DNA of 64,000 nt from Owenia fusiformis (Eukaryota), in assembly GCA_903813345.2 (NCBI GenBank), contig CAIIXF020000001.1:22196001-22260000 (forward strand), read 5' to 3'. This document shows positions 60,401 to 64,000 of this stretch, piece after piece (the stretch's first letter is position 1; each line of letters opens with the position of its first letter). Below the pieces are notes generated by a model, which searched no databases, had not been told where the DNA came from, and saw nothing but the letters and a program-made list of their open reading frames with translations. A program made the translations under genes and the position numbers.

Positions 60401-62481
60401 TGGTATTTGTAAAATAACTTTGCAGTCTTCTTGCGTTCATCTTCTGTTCCAGGGAAATCTTCTAACAGTCTGTTTACTTCTTGGATAACATGCTGTGGGA
60501 CTGTTGGCTCTTCTTCATCATTCTCAATTGGTTTTGATTTCAAATTCTCGTTTGTAGCTATTTCTACTGTATTGTCCTGTATACTGTATGAAACTTTACA
60601 ACAGTTTACTGTTGCAGAATGTAATTGTCCTATTGGAGTTCTTTTGGTAAGTATTACACTCGTTTCCGAAGCATTTAAGACACGTATTGTAGCACTTCCA
60701 GATGTTGCATCTATGTATCCATTCATAACTTGGACATTTCCAGGTAAGACTCTATCCAATGGTTCAACTAAACCTTGTCCTCTAAAAGAACCTGTAGAAA
60801 CATCTACATCAACAGTTGTTGAGGCTGGGATAAACACCTGTCCTTTCACACGTATAAGATGTGTTCTTTCTTCTGTGTCATTTGGTGTGGATTGAAACGT
60901 TGGCAAATGTTTCAAGACATTCATTCCTATTAACAGATCTGGATATGATCCGGATTCTTCGTGTACTAGAATTCCACAGTCCTTTATGGTGATATCTTGT
61001 ATTATTATATCTTCTATGAGGAGACCTTTGTATGGTATTTTGAGATTATTAGCTGCTTTGAGGTCAAGAAGTTGAAATGGTTGTAGTTCTTTGACAAATT
61101 GATTTTCATAAAATTCCTTTGACATAAGCGTAACACTGCTCCCAGAGTCCATTATTCCTGTAGTTTCAATATCTCCAATTTTGATATCCCATTTCTGCGT
61201 TTCACCAACAATTTTCTCCATGTTTGGATGACAAGATATACAAGTTGTATCTGTTGTCAGATTGACATTTGTTATGACTTCATTTGGTTTGCTATCTGAG
61301 TTTTTAGGGTCATTTACTTGTACACTATGATTATCATATCGTTCATTGCTGTTGTAGTAGTTTGATGGTCTTCTGGAGTAATTGTTTCCTCTTGATCTTC
61401 CTCTTCCTCGGTAGTTGTTTTGACCTCTGTTGAAACGGTTGTTGAATTGTCCTCTGCCATAACTGTTGAAATTCTGTTGTGGGTTGTTTTTCATTTCCTT
61501 TATTTCATTCAGTTCATTCTCCATTTTGTTTTGTTTTTCTAGTAAGGTCTTCATCATACTGTGTAGTGTGTTGTTACTATCTACTGTGTTTGCTGTAGTC
61601 TTTTTTGTTTCCATGGAGTCACTCTGCTTTTCGTTTAGTTCGTATTGAAAGGCTGTTTCTCTCAATGTGTGGAATGTAGTTGAACTGTTATAGTCTGAGA
61701 TTCCTCTTAATTCCCATCTCATTTTAGGACAGCATACACCTTCTATTAGTTGCTCTTTTAACAGCTTGTCTTCATCAACCTTTTCATCTTGATTTTGTTT
61801 CACAATATCCATTAACTTCATTAAGGCTTGGGTATATTGAGCTATTGTCTCATTTGGATGCTGCTTTCTAGTATAGAATTCGGTCATTGATTTATGAGAA
61901 GACTTGTGTATTCCGAAAACTCGTTGTAGTGTTTTAAATATCTCAGTAGGTGTTGGGTTTGTCAGGTATCTCGCTTCTCTTCTAGGATTTGGACCTAGAT
62001 GATATACAACAAAGTCTACTTTCTCCGAGTTATTTTTCAAATCTCGTATGGCCATTGTAGCATCCTCAATCCAGTCATAGATATCCTCATCTTTGTTTCC
62101 CATGAATTTATTCAATTTCGGTTTCTTCGATATATACTGCGTATTCTTTGAACTAGTTTCTGATGTACTACTAGCGCTTTGAGTGTCAGCTAAAGTTTTT
62201 CTATCTGGTATTTCTTCATCCAAGTACTTCTTTTTGAGGATCGCCAACTCTTTTTCCATATTTATCATTCTGAGAAGTTCTCTTCTTTTTACTCTCTCTT
62301 CTTTATCGAGGGTTTCTGCCATTTCATCTATCGCTCGTTCAGCTTCAGATTTATGATCCTTTGTAGTTGTTTTTTTCTTTGTCGGGTCCTCTTGGCGCAA
62401 TGTTTCAGCCATTTCATCTATTATACGTTCTGCTTCAGCTTTAATATCGCTTGGTTTTACTCCATCTTGTGCTTCAGCCAT
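57475..62481 (-). CDS. Gypsy Gag-Pol polyprotein (Gag, aspartic protease, RT, RNase H, integrase) in one 1668-aa ORF
   Basis: Protease IMDSGS; RT LRLCVDYRQLN, MPFGLCNAPATYQ, VYLDDLLVYS; RNase H IDASSSGLG, FTDNNPL, ADALSR; integrase H-x4-H...C-x2-C then CIDF, HSDQGRNF, GQCERFN. The order PR-RT-RH-IN is Ty3/Gypsy. Confidence 0.97.
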   Translation of the reverse strand: MAEAQDGVKPSDIKAEAERIIDEMAETLRQEDPTKKKTTTKDHKSEAERAIDEMAETLDKEERVKRRELLRMINMEKELAILKKKYLDEEIPDRKTLADTQSASSTSETSSKNTQYISKKPKLNKFMGNKDEDIYDWIEDATMAIRDLKNNSEKVDFVVYHLGPNPRREARYLTNPTPTEIFKTLQRVFGIHKSSHKSMTEFYTRKQHPNETIAQYTQALMKLMDIVKQNQDEKVDEDKLLKEQLIEGVCCPKMRWELRGISDYNSSTTFHTLRETAFQYELNEKQSDSMETKKTTANTVDSNNTLHSMMKTLLEKQNKMENELNEIKEMKNNPQQNFNSYGRGQFNNRFNRGQNNYRGRGRSRGNNYSRRPSNYYNSNERYDNHSVQVNDPKNSDSKPNEVITNVNLTTDTTCISCHPNMEKIVGETQKWDIKIGDIETTGIMDSGSSVTLMSKEFYENQFVKELQPFQLLDLKAANNLKIPYKGLLIEDIIIQDITIKDCGILVHEESGSYPDLLIGMNVLKHLPTFQSTPNDTEERTHLIRVKGQVFIPASTTVDVDVSTGSFRGQGLVEPLDRVLPGNVQVMNGYIDATSGSATIRVLNASETSVILTKRTPIGQLHSATVNCCKVSYSIQDNTVEIATNENLKSKPIENDEEEPTVPQHVIQEVNRLLEDFPGTEDERKKTAKLFYKYHKIFGSDENDLGYTDAIEHKIPTPDDFAVNEPFRRVPPAVFQELREHIDTLIQKKIIRPSSSNFASPIVLVRKKNKSLRLCVDYRQLNHNTKKDVFPLPRIQESMDALLNAKWFCSLDLQSAYHQVKVAQEDIHKTSFTTPFGTFEYLRMPFGLCNAPATYQRLMTMAFKDEIFKTLLVYLDDLLVYSSTIEEMIHRLENVFSILHSYNLKLELKKCYFFKETVTYLGHQISKEGIKPDPEKIKVIVNWKQPKTLKDLRRFLGMAGYHRRFVKNYAATAQPLHNLVTKVTKRTKKKTENIEKLWTEDCTQAQATLKEKLSTAPVLAFADYNKPFVLEIDASSSGLGCELLQEQEGKMRVIGYGSRSLRGGEKNMNNYSSKKLELLALKWSVTEKFRDFLLGSKFTIFTDNNPLTYIMRKKKLPALEQRWVSDLACFNFEIKYKPGIKNTAADALSRLEHSSEDEDEDDDFEVSAMSVIAEITNTTHLPDLSTEINQKEVNVLTVESDITPTETTVFPTITKEGLATLQDNDQDISLIKEIIKHNIIPTPKILKKMTKHQRKWEKQRHKLRLVDNILYRKVKSNDKDVNQVAIPTVLKEEVLKAGHDFAGHQGVERTDKLISDRYFWPGMKQDICEYIKTCNRCVFGKMPFHKIITPMGRLTAKSPLDLVCIDFTLLEKATNGMENVLIITDVFTKFTIARETKDQTAETVSKVLVKDLFLVYGIPKRLHSDQGRNFESKIVDCLCKTYNVQKSRTTPYHPQGNGQCERFNRTLHNLLLSLEAKKKNKWPEYLKELVYSYNITPHSSTGYSPFYMMFGREALLPLSLVLDSENDDEDSEGNKADNWVTKQKQTFKEAYAHAEENMNQNADRRKERHDKKPTIIEDKIDVGRKVLTRRRTLGRNKIQDYYEDSVYKVIERKGDTYTIENEDSLRKTVNREDLKELPEGIRNKKLLNKDTAEEVPQLRRSKRLLDQQK

Positions 62482-63069
62482 TTTGAAATACTAACGTAAA
62501 ATAGTCACTTAAAATAGTCGCGTAAAATATTCACTCTGATTCCGCACGCGCCGAAAATAATATCCGAATGTTTAAAAGACAAAGTAAAAAAAACATTCAA
62601 ATTTTTAAAAGACAAAGTAGTGGAAAATATTTACAAAGTTCTTCTAGTGAAGGCTACACATGTAGTAATTAATATAAAGTACCAAGTATTACTGACATAT
62701 ACTGGTTATCAGATGGTCACCTCGTATTAAATGTAAAATAGATGTCTCTATATAGATGACATGTACGCAATACGTTCACTACCCTTGTATCATATGTAAA
62801 ATATTGTATTCAGCAACTCTGCAGTTATCAATATGTATATTCATTTAATAACCTATCTGAAGTGTTTTGTATATATACTTTGGGTTTATATCCCTACAAT
62901 TACTAATTGTTGTGGTTGCTCTGTATATAAACAGTCCTTCATGTAATGATAAAGGTGTACACCAACTGTTCACTGTCCCTGTTTTAGTACAGGTAAGTCA
63001 CATCAACTCAAAATGTTATTTGCTATGCAAGTGTCTCTATAGATGGAGTTCCAGGTAAATGATAATGCT

Positions 63070-63325
63070 TAATGTTCATAAAGATGGCGCACTAGGTATA
63101 GTATCACTCAAAGTTCAAGAAAGCGCTCAATTATGTGATAGCTTAATGTTCATAAAGATGGCGCTCTATTATAGTGATAATTCAATGTTCATATAGATGG
63201 CGCTCTATTAAAGTGATAATTCAATGTTCATATAGATGGCGCTCTATTATAATGATAATTCAATGTTCATATAGATGGCGCTCTATTATACTGCTTAATG
63301 TTTCCTATAGATGGCGCTCTGTTAT
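63070..63325. repeat. 39-bp tandem array in the Gypsy 5' leader, six AGATGGCGC cores
   Basis: Cores at 63082, 63156, 63195, 63234, 63273 and 63309; unit approximately TTCAATGTTCATATAGATGGCGCTCTATTATAGTGATAA. Confidence 0.9.
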
Positions 63326-63593
63326 CATACATGTAACTCTCATACCTTTTCGGGAACTCATCTAGGTAATCAGGCGGCAACTGGTCCACTGGAACTGGTC
63401 ACTCTTGCTAACTAAGCATGAAGTACTAGTTGACTAAACTACTAACTACCTTATCATGGGCTTAGGGCTACTAGTGGAGTAAGTCATGAGATAAAATTCA
63501 TGGATTCCTTAAATTTATTTCCAATGGACATCCATGGTAAAATTTACAAAGGGAAATAATTGTAAAGAACACCCGTTGTAAAATTTGCAAAGG

Positions 63594-63611
63594 GAAGTAC
63601 CCGCAGTACCA
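63594..63611 (-). promoter_or_regulatory. Primer-binding-site-like sequence TGGTACTGCGGGTACTTC
   Basis: Starts with TGG (complement of tRNA CCA) 2 nt inside the 5' LTR end on the - strand; the priming tRNA was not identified. Confidence 0.65.
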
Positions 63612-63613
63612 TT

Positions 63614-64000
63614 TGTGAGGGACGTTTTGTCCAAAATAAATAAACAAGAGAAATTTATAAAATATTTTATATTATATCATGTATTATATCAGTCAACTTC
63701 CTTATTGATCATGTATATGTTGCACAACTACCTTAACACAACTGCTGTTGTTGTACAACTACCTTAAAAGACAAATCACAAAAGAGTGACAACTACCTTA
63801 ATCCATGAAAGTGTAGAAATACCTTAATCCATGAAAGTGTGGAACTACCTTAATTCATAAAATGTAAAACATTACAAAAGAGTGACAACTACCTTAATAT
63901 ATAAATTAGCCTACAAAAGAGTGACCAGTCTGCCAGTGCAGAACTGTAGGTGGAATGCCTAAAAATATAAAATTCACACCATAAGTTGATATGTAGCAAT
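63614..64000 (-). repeat. 5' LTR of the Gypsy element (partial)
   Basis: Matches 55641-56027. Confidence 0.93.

Larger units (their letters stand above)
55641..64000 (-). mobile_element. Ty3/Gypsy LTR retrotransposon, apparently intact; the 5' LTR runs off the window end
   Basis: Direct repeat starting TGTGAGGGACG at 55641 and 63614, with no differences seen by eye over the 387 bp comparable. Internal Gag-Pol ORF; PBS-like site next to the right-hand LTR. Confidence 0.95.

Noticed and set aside
58814-61648. + strand ORFs of 60-154 aa inside the Gypsy element
   Set aside because: Antisense shadows of the Gag-Pol frame.
63070-63325. 39-bp array as a CRISPR-like locus
   Set aside because: The sequences between cores are near-identical rather than unique spacers.

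Overview
AT-rich, intron-rich animal genomic DNA, probably a marine invertebrate such as a lophotrochozoan (inferred from repeat types and gene structure, not proven). Two conserved genes lie on the + strand: TMEM68/DIESL-type acyltransferase (8 coding exons, 6467-12510) and ADHFE1, hydroxyacid-oxoacid transhydrogenase (13 exons, 21055-54855). ADHFE1 intron 10 (~19.9 kb) is multi-layered. It contains an apparently intact 3-exon antisense gene for a 245-aa predicted secreted protein of unknown family (48025-41422), which the ORF track shows only in pieces. It also contains an 8.7-kb PIF/Harbinger-superfamily transposon with an intact DDE transposase and a convergent spliced partner gene carrying one nonsense codon, inserted 7 bp past the nested gene's stop codon. 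A LINE relic and many MITEs fill the rest. An intact, recent Ty3/Gypsy element (single 1668-aa Gag-Pol, - strand) lies just downstream of ADHFE1, with a 39-bp tandem array of AGATGGCGC motifs in its 5' leader. Also present: a 2684-bp tandem duplication; MITEs with 5-, 6/7-, 8- and 9-bp, TA and TTAA target duplications; Helentron-like elements with internal satellites; and a recurring pattern of tandem repeats seeded from splice junctions with the AG disabled in the extra copies. All exon calls were made by hand from splice signals and reading-frame continuity; no database searches were run.
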